Of a stretch of DNA of 64,000 nt, positions 52,615-64,000 are shown one piece after another. Position 1 is the stretch's first letter. The number at the start of each line of letters is the position of its first letter. Both the position numbers and the translations under genes were made by a program. Below the pieces are notes generated by a model. That model was not told where the DNA came from and made no database searches. It saw nothing but the letters and a program-made list of their open reading frames with translations. Source of the stretch: Felis catus (lineage: Eukaryota); NCBI RefSeq assembly GCF_018350175.1, contig NC_058368.1:224690001-224754000 (forward strand). Reading direction: 5' to 3'.

Positions 52615-53033
52615 AACAGCAACAAAAACAGTCTCTTAAATGCAAACCAACACTAAATGGGTGGTACCCAAAGAGGAGGCAGAGACAGGTGTTGAGTGAA
52701 CCAGGTAAAGGGAATTAAGAGGTACAATTTTAAGTTAGAAAGTAATTAAGTCAGAGAGATGGAAATTACCATATAGAGAATATAATCAATAAGATTTTAA
52801 AAACTTTGGTGACAGATGGTGACTATATTTATCATAGTGAGCACTGAGTAGCATATAGAATTGCTGAAACATTATGTTGGCCACCTGAAACTAATGTAAC
52901 AGTGTATATTAATTATACTTCAGGGGTGCCTGGATGGCTCAGTCGTTATGCACCTGACCAGCTCAGGTCAGGATCTCCCAGTTCGGGAGTTCAAGTCCCA
53001 CATGGGGTTGGCACAAGCCCTGTTTCTCTCTCC

Positions 53034-53070
<37 letters not shown>

Positions 53071-53242
53071 TCTCTTCCGTCTCCCTTCATGGGATTCTCT
53101 CCCTCCCTCTCTCTGCCCCTTGCTCACTTGTGCTCTCTCTATTTCTCAAAACATATAAGTAAATAAATGTGATTGTTCCAAAGAACACACTCTAAAAAAT
53201 GTACACTTCAAAACAAAACAAAACAAAACAAAACAAAACAAA
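52615..53242 (+). mobile_element. L1 3' UTR fragment (L1MA/L1_Carn-like) with a (CAAAA)n tail, split by a SINE
   Basis: GGGAATTAAGAGGTACAA...GGTGACAGATGGTGACTA...CACCTGAAACTAATGTAACAGTGTATATTAATTATACTTCA. Confidence 0.78.
52923..53200 (+). mobile_element. Can-SINE, rearranged (two CT tracts)
   Basis: GGGGTGCCTGGATGGCTCAG head; TSD TA(T/C)ACTTCA. Confidence 0.85.
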
Positions 53243-53956
53243 CTCCTATAAGTAGGAATCAGTGCCTTTTGTTTTTCTGGACTACATATGGTTCTGTATT
53301 CTGATCTCTTCCTAGGTCACACTCAACTCTTTGTAACTAATTAAAAAATTAGTTGAATTTTTATCAATGTCTGGCCACAGCTGCTCCTGGAAGCAAATGC
53401 TTACTTCCAGTTTCTCCCTGGAGACAACAGTCTTCCTTTAGATTTTATTTTAGTTGGTAGCCCTGAAACTTCAGCTCCCGGGTGGGTTCAGGGAAATTTG
53501 TGAAATCTGCTGATTGTCCATATCGGGTTTGTTGGAGGTGTTGCTGTGCGTGGATGGAATGTTCTCCCAGCTTTCTACGTGCTTAGTCAAAGCTGGAAGT
53601 CCCCGTGAGCTGGAACTTTGCAATCGTTAAACAAGCTCATTTTAAAAACCAAAAAAAAAAAAAAAAAAATGTAAAGAAACAAAATGAACAGTGCTTTCAT
53701 GATTTGACATAATCTTTCCAAACACAGGCTCATTTTTTTTCTCTCCTTTATAGTCAATTAACTTAAGGGATTTGACTTTTCCTTTGGCCATTACATGTCA
53801 GCATATGCACATATCAATCCAATTCAACCTGCTACCTGTTCAGTTTTGCCCCTGAAATAATACTGTCTCCACTAAACTCACTGTTGCAATGGATATTTTC
53901 CATTCTCACCTTGGTCTCTCACCCACGTGTGACACTCATAATTACTCTCTTCTTTA

Positions 53957-54164
53957 AAAAAAAATTAATGTTTATTTATCTTTGAGAGAGACAGAGACAG
54001 AATGCGAGTGGGTTGGGGCAGAGAGGGAGACACAGAATCCAAAGCAGGCTCCAGGCTCCAAGCCCTCAGCACACAATCCGACGTGGGGCTCGAACTCACC
54101 AGCTGCGAGATCATGACCCGAGCCGGAGCCGGATGCTCCACCGACTGAGCCACCCAGGCACCCC
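53957..54164 (-). mobile_element. Can-SINE
   Basis: Exact 19-bp TSD ATAATTACTCTCTTCTTTA at 53938-53956 and 54165-54183. Confidence 0.95.
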
Positions 54165-54432
54165 ATAATTACTCTCTTCTTTACCAACTCCTTCCCTAAG
54201 CTTCATAACCCCAGTCTCCAAGTCTTCTACCTACGTCTCAGGCGGCTGCTTCTGGGTTTTCTTTACAGCTCATTTTCTTCCTCCAAGATATCAAATGCTG
54301 GAGTTCCTCAAGGTCAGAATGACGATCCTGTTCTGTTCTCATTCGTTCATGCCTATAGCTTCAACAACTCTCGTTACGCCAACACTTGCCAAATTTACAC
54401 GTCTAGTAGGCTTTTGTTCATAGCTCTCATCC

Positions 54433-54780
54433 TTTTTTGTCCAGCTTTACTGAGGTGTAACTGGCAATATTGTGAGAGGTTTAAAGTGTACGACGTGATG
54501 ATTTGAGAGACGTATACATTGTGAAAAAAGTCCCCATTGAGTTCATTAGCGCATCCATTACTTCACGTGTTTGTGTTTTCCTTTTTTTGGTTAGAACGTT
54601 TTAGTTCTACTCTCAGAAAACATTTATGACACAATAAGGTGTTATCAGCGATAGTCACCATGTTATACATGGATCCTCAGATTTTCTTCGTCTTATAACT
54701 GGAAGATTGTACCTTTTTACCAGTCTCTCCCTATTTCCCACCCCCAGCACCACCCGGCCAACCGCTTGTCTACCATTTCT
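54433..54780 (-). mobile_element. L1MA-like 3' end fragment
   Basis: CCAGCTTTACTGAGGTGTAACTG...TAGTCACCATGTTATACAT...CTTATAACTGGAAGATTGTACCTTTT. Confidence 0.8.
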
Positions 54781-56081
54781 CGCGCAGCTCTTACTCTGAT
54801 CGATATTCCTATGTGGATGCATTTAAGGCGTCAGAAACTTAAAATATTCTGAACTGAACTCCTTTATCCTCGCTCGCTGATGAGCTCCCATTAAGCTGTC
54901 TCCACAAGTTAGAATCCATGCAGTGATGTTCTGCACATTGATGGATGGCCCAGTAGCGGTCTGGGCCACCTGTTTGGTATTTCACTCAATACCCTCTGGT
55001 CCTGTTCATGCCCAGTCTCTAATGGGCCATTTCCATCTGTAGAGGTTTGTTACTAAGGCTACCCATCTTTAGAACGTAGTGGGGTATGACAGAACCTATC
55101 TTTGGCCACATAGTCATTCGATACCCCACAATCAAAGAGGCTGTCTCTACGAGCACCCACTCGTCCACCAAGAGCTAGTTTTCCAATAGTGTGTCCTTTT
55201 GTGCTATAGATGACATGCATTTGTCTGAGAATCCCAGGGGCTCTATGCTGTGATCCTCCTACTGGCGTGGGGCTGGCTATAAAACTAACACAAGCATCTA
55301 TTTTTTCCACCGTAGATATGTCTACTACTGGAATATCTGCCAACTTTTAGGCTTGGGAAGCAGTTTTTATTGTCCTCCCACCTGAATTTGCGACAGAATT
55401 ATTTCTCTATCTAGGTCCAATTCAACACTGGTAGATCTCCGTATCACTAAGTACATGAGATGGAGAAATGCAGAATATGCTGCCTCCTGAACTAAAACAT
55501 GCTTACCAAGTACAGGCAACCTTTCTTGATGGTAGAAAGGTTACAATTCAATAATTTTTCCCTTATAGGAGATGTCCCAGCATACCTCAGCCCCACTGAA
55601 CCTGAAAGCACTTAATTTATAGATCAGGCCCTAAATCTTGGTAGGGTGCACTTCTCACCTTCTAAGATGTTTTGTTTTTTTGTTTGTTTGTTTGTTTTTA
55701 CTGAGGCTTTCCATATACTAGTCACATCTTGCTCATCGGGTGCAATTCACAAGATGGCAGCAATAGAATGGATTAATTCATGGTCCTACAGAATATCTAG
55801 ATGGTCTAGGTCTCTTTAAACTATCTTATGACAGAGGGAAGAAGAATAACGTAACCCATAGTCTGTGTCAATTCCAACCGGTGTCCAGCAATTTTTCAAA
55901 GGTCTTTCCCTCATCCATAATTATATGGCTAAAAGGCAATAGATTTCTGGGAGAATCACGTCATGTGCAGTAAGTGATGTTGCAAATCCCTTTCTCATAG
56001 ACATTCATTCAGCCCATCCTTAGATAAGTGGATGGAGTCTGATAACTTACTTAGGATTATGTATCAGATCATGACTTTTTA

Positions 56082-56294
56082 AAAAAAATTTTAATGTTTA
56101 TTTCTTTTTGAGAGAGACAGAGACAGAATGTGAGTGGGTTAGGGGCAGAGAGAGAGGGAGACACAGAATCTGAAGCAGGCTTTAGGCTCTGAGCCATCAG
56201 CACAGAGCCTGATGCGGGGCTCCAACTCAAGAGCTGTGAGATCATGACCTGAGCTGAAGTCGGACGCTCACCTGAATGAACCACCCAGGCACCC
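56082..56294 (-). mobile_element. Can-SINE nested in the ERVL
   Basis: Exact 16-bp TSD AGATCATGACTTTTTA at 56066-56081 and 56295-56310. Confidence 0.95.
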
Positions 56295-56854
56295 AGATCA
56301 TGACTTTTTATTTGACTGTATAAATTACCTGAGATAGAGTGGCTTCTGGATATGCTCATGGAATGCAGTCAGATGAGTCTTCTGGCTTCACATAGGATGC
56401 TTTGGTGCGCCTACTGTTGATTCATTCCTGTACTATATGGCATTTATACTTAGTGTGAGCAATTGCTTTTATCACATGTCAGAGGGTCATTCTAGCAACA
56501 TGTTGGTAGCATCATAAGGGGTCCTCACCAATGTGTTAACTCTATCACAAGAGTACTCCAATTTCTATGAACCCTCTTTTATCCAACTAAACATTCTGCG
56601 ACCCTTCATCAGGACTTCAGGATTCTCCCCCATGCATGCTGTCCCAGCTCTGCATTAAACGTATCCTGTAGCTTCTTCAATGCACAATCCTTCTCTTCCC
56701 TTGGATAGCTCTTGTCATCCATACTGTGCTGAGATTCAAACTTCGTTATTGGTCTGGTTGACAGCAAGAGAGATAGGGAAGATCCTGAGGGGGTGTGAGC
56801 GTTGTCTTGAAGTGCCTAACTTCAGTACTTTTTGTGATATTCAAGCAAGAGAGA

Positions 56855-57000
56855 AGGGCCAGGTTTAGGATGAGGTGAGTGAGGGGCCTGGAGGAGCAGG
56901 GTCCTAGAGGCCTCCGCATTTGCACAACCTCAAGGCTAGAATGCCTCCTTAAATTTTGTCCCACGTACACACCACTTGCCTCACACTAGCACTACAGTCT
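56855..57000. mobile_element. MER91-like hAT-Tip100 MITE nested in the ERVL
   Basis: Degenerate terminal inverted repeats AGGGCCAGGTTTAGGATGAGGTGAGTG / CACTTGCCTCACACTAGC; internal CCTCCTTAAATTTTG. Confidence 0.6.
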
Positions 57001-57627
57001 AACCAATGTGTGTGTGCCACTCCTGCATGGCCAGTGGGTTCAGTGGAATCTAGATCATGTGTCTCAAGGGCATCTACCTAAATATCCTCTTCTCAGATTC
57101 ATGGTCCCACTCCCTTCCCATGAGGTCCTTGAATTTGGTGTAAGAGATGTTAGGGCTGAAAGCTCAACCTTCTCGGAAGCTCCACTGTTTCATAATTAAA
57201 TCCCGAGCCAAGTTCTTCATTTTGTTTGCCCTCCAGCTGCAAGAAATGAAGGTTTCCTTAAATACTACCAAAAAGACTCTCCGCTTTCAGTTTCTCTCGA
57301 AATGGTGATTTGTCGCCCAGACCCTGTCATTTTCTCTCAGCAATGATTCAATGGGACTCAGCAAGAGCCACTCAGTTCTGTTGTTTATAAGTACGGCTTC
57401 TCTCATAATTCTCAAATGCCAGAGAGATGGCATTGACAGATGATTCCCTTCCATTTGCATACCACCTAAGGTCATCACCAAAGTACAGTCCAGCAATTTT
57501 ATTTCTAAAATATCCTAGGTTCTCTTCGTATCCCACTTACCAGCAGTACTGGAGTCCTCAGCGCCAACCAAAGGATAACTAACATAGCTCTAGAATTCTA
57601 CTCTTTGCATCCCCTCTTGGTAACAAC

Positions 57628-57925
57628 GATCTTAGGTCGGGTTCCTCAGAAATAGACACGAAGGTAAAGAATTTTACGCTGTAGTCATTCAAGAGTAGTG
57701 CTCTTAGGAGATACTCCACTTCAGGAAGTGAAGAACTCAAGATGGGACGCAGAGAGAAATTGTTAGGGACATGTTCCCATTGACACTTATGTATGGCAGT
57801 TTCCAAAGGCTGAAGGTAATTCCCAATGACGAACACAAGTGGGAGCCATCAAAATCGGATATTGCTAGGAGCACCGGTGTTGGTCTGTAGAGGGGATATG
57901 GTTAAACCACTTCAGTTTCCACTAT
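57628..57925 (-). mobile_element. LTR16-like 5' LTR of the ERVL
   Basis: Reverse complement ends ...TCTGAGGAACCCGACCTAAGATC immediately before the PBS-like motif. Confidence 0.7.
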
Positions 57926-60716
57926 CGGGTGCACTTCTTTTTATTTAAGATAACTGACACATTTGGAACACATTAAAACAAAATTGTGTTTTGAATCATT
58001 TTGCATTTCTCCTGGAGAAAAAAAAAAGAGTCTATGTTCTAAGGCAACTGAAAAGGTCTATGCATTTTGAGATGGAGAAACAGGCAATTAGAAAAAAAAA
58101 AGGAAAAAAAAAAACCTTTTCAAGCGTCAAGTAATGCCACTTTTGATATCACAAGATGATTTGGGGTACAAGGTGGTGCTTCTGCTTGGTGTCCCTCCAA
58201 GTAGGTTTTGAACACTGAACGTGTTTTAAACGATCGGGACGCACTGTGTGCTGAACTAACAGGTTATGTGCATGGAATGTGAAGCATGGAATTCAGTGCT
58301 GGTCTTCCTCCAAAATGACAAATCTGCATATTAGATAGAGAGAACCCTAATTTCCAGTTTTGCTGAATCAAATTTCTCTTGGTCCACCAGATAGTTTGCA
58401 GTGAGCATATAGGGTTGCAGTTGGCCAGATTTCCGTGAGAATGAACGTCAGAGTATTGGATAAAGTCAAAGCATCTGTCTTAAGTTTTTCACCCCTAAAT
58501 CCAAGGATTACTACCACCAATCTGTCCGACTGTTTGGAAAAACATAGATCAGGGTCATTGAAAATGATCTGCTTTTTTTTAATAACAACAAAAATCTTTG
58601 ATTTTCTTGTTTATTTAAAAGCCACATGTTTATGAAAGGTGTTTAATCCTCGTGCTATACTTAGAACTCTTGTTGGGGAAACCCTTTCCTAACCAAGATT
58701 TAATGGAATTAAATAAAATTAAATCACTGATATATAGTTCTTAGTATATACAAAGGGATTAATTAATACAAAAACCCCTTTCTTAATAAGTATTTGTTGT
58801 CTAAATGATGTGCTGGTTAATGGGTAGTTCCTGAGAGTAATTTCAATTTGGGCTGTGGACTTTTGAGGTTAAATCACATCCCTTCTTTCTGTGAATTGAG
58901 AACCAACATAAAAATAGAAAGAGGCATCAGATAGGGATCAAAATATCGGCTCTATTGTGAGACTGTTGATTTGAAGATGCAGCTTGGATCAATGCCCAGA
59001 TGCTCTTCCTTTGCTTGATCCTGACTTTGATTCCTTTGCCACCTACTTCAGGGAAGAGAAGTCTTTCTCTAGTCACCTGGTAACAGAAACATGAAACAGA
59101 ACAGACGGATTCTGAAGACAGGATGACCCAAGGAAGAGAAGCCCCAAGTCATAAGGCACAACAAACATCACACCTACACGCTGCCTAAGAGGAACTGCCC
59201 CATTGAATGGTGGACTCCTGCCCACATGAAAATTGAGGAAATTGTTTCTCTTCCTGGAAGGGAGAATGTATAAATAAACTTAAAATGGCAAAATATTACT
59301 CCAATGTTGTCCCCTCCTGGAAAAGTTTCCTTGTGAAAACAATAAAGGAATAAGTAAGGCTTTCCTTTAAAAATGATCTGGAAAATGGATCTGTCGTTTG
59401 TATCTAATATGGAAGCATGAAGTCTCTGAGCGTCCACTGAGGAATATATCAGAGATACCCCAAGGTACGTAATGAATACCAAGAGGAAGTGAGATAAAAA
59501 TTTAATATAGGAAAACTAATGATCCATTGCCATTCTAATTGCTCTGCTCTTCTGTGCCATTTTTCTATGATTTGTTTTTGAAAATATTTCTAAGAAAATA
59601 ATGAGCTACAAATTTAACATTAACGAAAAGGTGTAGATGCATATTTAAATACTCTCTTGTTGGGAAAACAAAAATTTTAAAGCCCAACTAACGTAGTGCA
59701 TGATGGTAAATTACAAATATGTTCTTGACACAGCATTAGTAAATTAAAAAATTCCCTAGTCAATTGAAAAAAAGTGTCAATATATTTTAGTAGATAGATA
59801 CTAAAGTGAAACTATGCGTTCTGCTATACTGGAGTATATTCGTAGTTTTCCGTATTCCCTCTTGCCACCTATTGGTTTGTTTGCTCATGAACCAATTCCA
59901 AACCAACTTTACCACTACTGTTTTATAATGTTTTGTTTTGATCTTTTACAACAGGTTCTCCCAACTTTTACGTCTCCAAGAGCGTTTTGATCATATTTGG
60001 CCCTTTACATGTGTTATAGAATAAGATTGCTAGGTTGCATAAGAATGTACATGCACATACACATTCATAAACCCAATTGAATTTTTGATTGATATGATAT
60101 AAACCCACACATTTATTTGGAGAAAATCGCAATCATTCAAATACCACATCTTCCATTCTTTGAATAGGGTATATCTTTTCTTTTATGTGGATTCTTCTAT
60201 GACCCTTTTCTCCAGAACCATGAGTTTGGAAACGTAGGAGAGCAAGGGTTAGTTCGCAGATGCATGCTGACTCCGAAGAGACCTCTATCTTTCCAGTAAA
60301 TGTGAGGAGGATGCCTTATAAGACCCCTCACCTTGATAGCCCTGGGCCTTAGTCTCTACATCTCAGTTAGCTACCAACCAATGGCAAGATACTAGATAAT
60401 GGCCTTAGGACAACAGCAACTGTGGTTCTCTAATACTCTTTTTACTCCTCTGAGTTCATAATCTTATACTAAAATTATCTTGGCTGTTCCCCCACATTTT
60501 TAATCTCTCCAATTCCATTGGGGAAATTAAAGAAAATATATTGGGTATTTATAAATATGGAGCGCTGGTTGTAAAAAGACTAGCTCACTATTACAGGAAA
60601 TAGAAAGTCACATATACATTTTATAAAGGCTTATTTTAGGCATTTATTTCAAAATAATAGGAATTGGAAGGCATGAGACAAAACTTGAGAATTCATAATT
60701 TAAAATTAAATCTGTA

Positions 60717-60920
60717 GGGGCTCCTGGGTGGCTTAGGTATCTGACTTTGGCTCAAGTTACGATCTCACGGTTTGTGAATTCAAGCTCTGTGTGAACAACT
60801 CAGAGCCTGGAGCCTTCTGTGGATTCTGTGTCTCCTCTCTCTGCCCCTCCCTGGCTTGTGCTCTGTGTGTGTCTCTCTCTCAAAAGATGAATAAACATTT
60901 AAAAACATTTTTTTAATAAA
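60717..60920 (+). mobile_element. Can-SINE
   Basis: Exact 15-bp TSD TAAAATTAAATCTGT at 60701-60715 and 60921-60935. Confidence 0.93.
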
Positions 60921-62953
60921 TAAAATTAAATCTGTCGATATTTTAACATTAATTATTGTTATTTTATTATATTATATGTCAACACATTAATAATTTAATG
61001 CCAAAGCATAAGCTTCAAAGAAGTTAATTTCTCAAACAAGGTTCAAGTTTTATGTTTTGGCTCCTTTGTTTCTCTAAAGATTCTTCAAGGATTACTTTGC
61101 AGGAGTAGGAGAGAGACAGAGAAGCCCGACTAAGGGCATTCGAACATCATTTTAACTAGAGTAATTCTGTGCTTTCTCTTCCTATTAAGCTGGGATTTCT
61201 CACACAAATTTATCTGAAGGAATAATTGCCACAGATAAGAAGTATTTGAAAACCACTGGTCTCTAAAGACGGAGGAGATTCTCAAATATGCCGATCAAAC
61301 AGTGCCTGGGCTATTGTATTAAGATCTGAGCACTGTACTTAGTGAGATGTATCCAGTGGGGGAGTTGTTTCACAAGTTCCAAATAAATCTAAACCATGTT
61401 CTGTAAGATGCTGTTTATCATTCATTCAACAAGTATTTACTAGGCTTTGACTAAGCCACCGGGCACTACTAACGGAAGAGAGAAGACTGGAGATGTGGTC
61501 TCCTGGCTGATGATGCTGACATTCCCGTGGGTGAGGGGAAAAAATTATATACTTACACAATAATAACCGATATTATTCAAATGGATGCACTAACAAGATG
61601 TACCAGAAAAGGAGATGACATTTCTAGACTGTAAATGCAATTTAAATGCATTTGGATGCACTGAAAAACGAGTGGCCAATTCCTACTTGAATTAACAAGT
61701 GCGTTAAATGTACTTAGGGAGTGATGCTTCACTTTGCAATTGAATCAGAAGTTAATATCCTGACTGTTGATGGAAGGGATCCTTGATCTCTATATTTTCC
61801 CCTTACGTCTATAGTCACACACTTGTAAAATAACTTTTTCTTCTGTTTTTTTTTTTTTTTTATTTTTTGTTGTTGTTTGTTCTGTTTTTACTTCTCTTAG
61901 CCTTGGATGTTTATCTTTTTCTCTTTCTATAACGTCCGTAAAATTAAAAAAAAAAAAAAACAGAAGAATTATAGGTGAGAGCGTAGGGGCCAAGGAGCTT
62001 ATTAAAATAAGCCACATTTTCTTTTTTGCTTTTCAATTTGCAAACCCTAAGGGCACCCTTTGTGAAATCTGACACTTCTGCCTCTTTCAGTTTATTAGAT
62101 CTTGCCGCTGAACAGCAACAAAAGTAGACGACAAGACACTGGAGAAACCCCGAAAGACCTCTCCGCTGCTGTGTCAATGAAATCAGTCTGGAACTGGCAA
62201 TAGCAGGTCCCGACAAGCTGGCGGTGACATCTGTTACCATATTGATTGTCAGGCTTTGTTCAAAATCTCCGGCCAGCTGAAAGGCTCTCTTTTCTCCTCA
62301 CCTACCTACATGTGTCCCCCTAAGGCTACATTCCAGCTGAAGACACAGGAGGCCCAAATTTAAGGTAGCAGTGTTCATCAATGCCAGGACATTACTAGCA
62401 AACTTTCCTGCCCCTCACTGGCTGGCCTACCCAGACAGAAATCAGTTTCGTGAGGATAGGAGGAACTTCGTTCTGGAAGGAGAAAAATATCGGATAATCA
62501 TACGGTAAAGGAAGCAGATTGTTCCCTTTGATTTTTTTTTTTTTTTAATTTTTGAGACATCGTTTTTGGTTTTTTGCTTTTCGTTTTTTTTTTTTTTTTT
62601 ATCTTTTTGATGGATGAGTAGAAATGGATCTTCCCCTTTTTATTTCTCTTAATCTTTTACCTATCATTTTACTTCAGGGATCAAAAGTGTTTTCATGAGG
62701 TTGCATATACTTTGTGTGTGTAGACAAAATACGTCAAACACTTTGGAATATTAAAAAAAAATATTGTGATTGAGAAAGTCATGATTAGGGGAGCCTGGGT
62801 GGCTCAATTGGTTGAGTTATTACACACAGCTAACATGAGGGCTTCCTCTTGTTTGCATTAACATTTGCTAACAAGGTAGATAGGTCTCAGCCCCTTACAA
62901 GCTCCCCATCAGAGAGGGGGGAAAATATTCAAAGTTTCAGCATTATCTTTTCT

Positions 62954-63166
62954 TTTTTTTTCAACTTTTATTTATTTTTGGGACAGAGAGAGAGAGAGAG
63001 CATGAACGGGGGAGGGGCCGAGAGAGAGGGAGACACAGAATCTGAAGCAGGCTCCAGGCTCTGAGCCATCAGCCCAGAGCCTGACGCTGGGCTCGAACTC
63101 ACGGACCGCGAGATCGTGACCTGGCTGAAGTCGGACGCTTAACCGACTGCGCCACCCAGGCGCCCC
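62954..63166 (-). mobile_element. Young felid SINEC_Fc-type SINE
   Basis: CpG-intact, near-identical to 27609-27821; TCTTTTCT on both flanks. Confidence 0.95.
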
Positions 63167-63897
63167 TTTCTTTTCTAATCCAAATCACCGTAAACACTCA
63201 CCATGATATTCATTGTTTAGGCCAATTGTATATAATAATACATTTGTTTCGTAAAAGAAAAGAGACTATGGCACGTCTTGAGGACGTTGTGTCTGCTTAA
63301 GTGTCTGTTGTGGCTAAGTACTACATGTGATCAAATATGTGAATGCGTGAAAGGAATGCACACAACTCCAAGTCCTTCTTCTTCCATTTGATGGAGGACC
63401 AGTAGACGCCAAGGGAGAATGATACTAGACCCAGGGCTAGATCTCAGCTGACTTCATCCAGTGTCTACCACACATTTTAGAGCACAGTGCAAAAACAGCT
63501 GTAGAAGAAAGGCAAATTGTAATAGATGCTCAGACAACAATGAGAAAACGCAAAGTACGAAAAGATTACTAAGACAATAACTTTCCAAAAAGCTTCAGTT
63601 TCTCTATGAAGGTATTCAAAAAAATTGATGAGGAGTGGAGGTCATGCAAGCATGGATATTGTTTGAGTTTTCTGGGGGTTGAGACCCCCATAAACCAACT
63701 TTAATGCCAATTACTGCTGAACCCTGTAGGCAAATTACCTACAGTAATTTACCAGAAGTTACCAATTTCTTTTAGAAGTTGAAGAAACTAAATGTAGATA
63801 GAGAAGGTGAATTGATCACATTTTCCTTGATTGTCATGATAATCCAGATGGACAATACATAAATGTTCAGTAGATTTCATTTATTGATTCATTTTGA

Positions 63898-63945
63898 TTG
63901 ATAGATGGATAGATAGATAGATAGATAGATGATAGATAGATAGAT
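63898..63945. repeat. (GATA)n tetranucleotide microsatellite
   Basis: GATA repeats with interruptions. Confidence 0.95.
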
Positions 63946-64000
63946 CTCAATGAGAAAATTAAAAAAAAAAAAGTGGGAGGTGGATGTTGGCCAACTTAAA

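Larger units (their letters stand above)
54905..57627 (-). mobile_element. Decayed ERVL (class III) internal region: gag-pro-pol relics
   Basis: Minus-strand translations: HAWGRILK / NV*LDKRGFIEIGVL (gag, ~56545-56640); LDTG (protease, ~55862-55892); RR*EVHPTKI*G (RT, 55628-55663); RWKWPIRDWA*TGPEG (pol, 54961-55038); PBS-like GTTGTTACCAAGAGGGGATG at 57608-57627. Confidence 0.85.

Noticed and set aside
1..64000. CRISPR array, prokaryote-like operon or novel multi-gene system
   Set aside because: The recurring repeats are dispersed SINEs with individual TSDs, not regularly spaced arrays; there are no long ORFs; the sequence is mammalian non-coding DNA

Overview
AT-rich mammalian genomic DNA, almost certainly from a felid: it carries many tRNA-derived Can-SINEs, including two near-pristine SINEC_Fc-type copies, plus carnivore-type L1 3' ends. 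I recognise no host protein-coding exon, RNA gene or CRISPR array. Nearly all ORFs in the track are chance ORFs or translations of SINE, L1 or ERV relics, so the window reads as intergenic or deep intronic. Content: about 30 Can-SINEs (many with readable TSDs); several L1s (a 3.6 kb 5'-truncated copy and two 5'-inverted copies); a decayed ERVL provirus (LTR-PBS-gag-pro-RT); solo ERVL/MaLR LTRs; MIR, L2 and hAT MITE relics; microsatellites; and a few repeat-free, CpG-retaining stretches that are candidate regulatory elements. I see no evidence for a new multi-gene system. The most unusual directly visible feature is a SINE whose tRNA-derived interior has been replaced by a 59-bp copy of an LTR segment lying 1.8 kb downstream. 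Family names come from recalled consensus sequences, not a database search.
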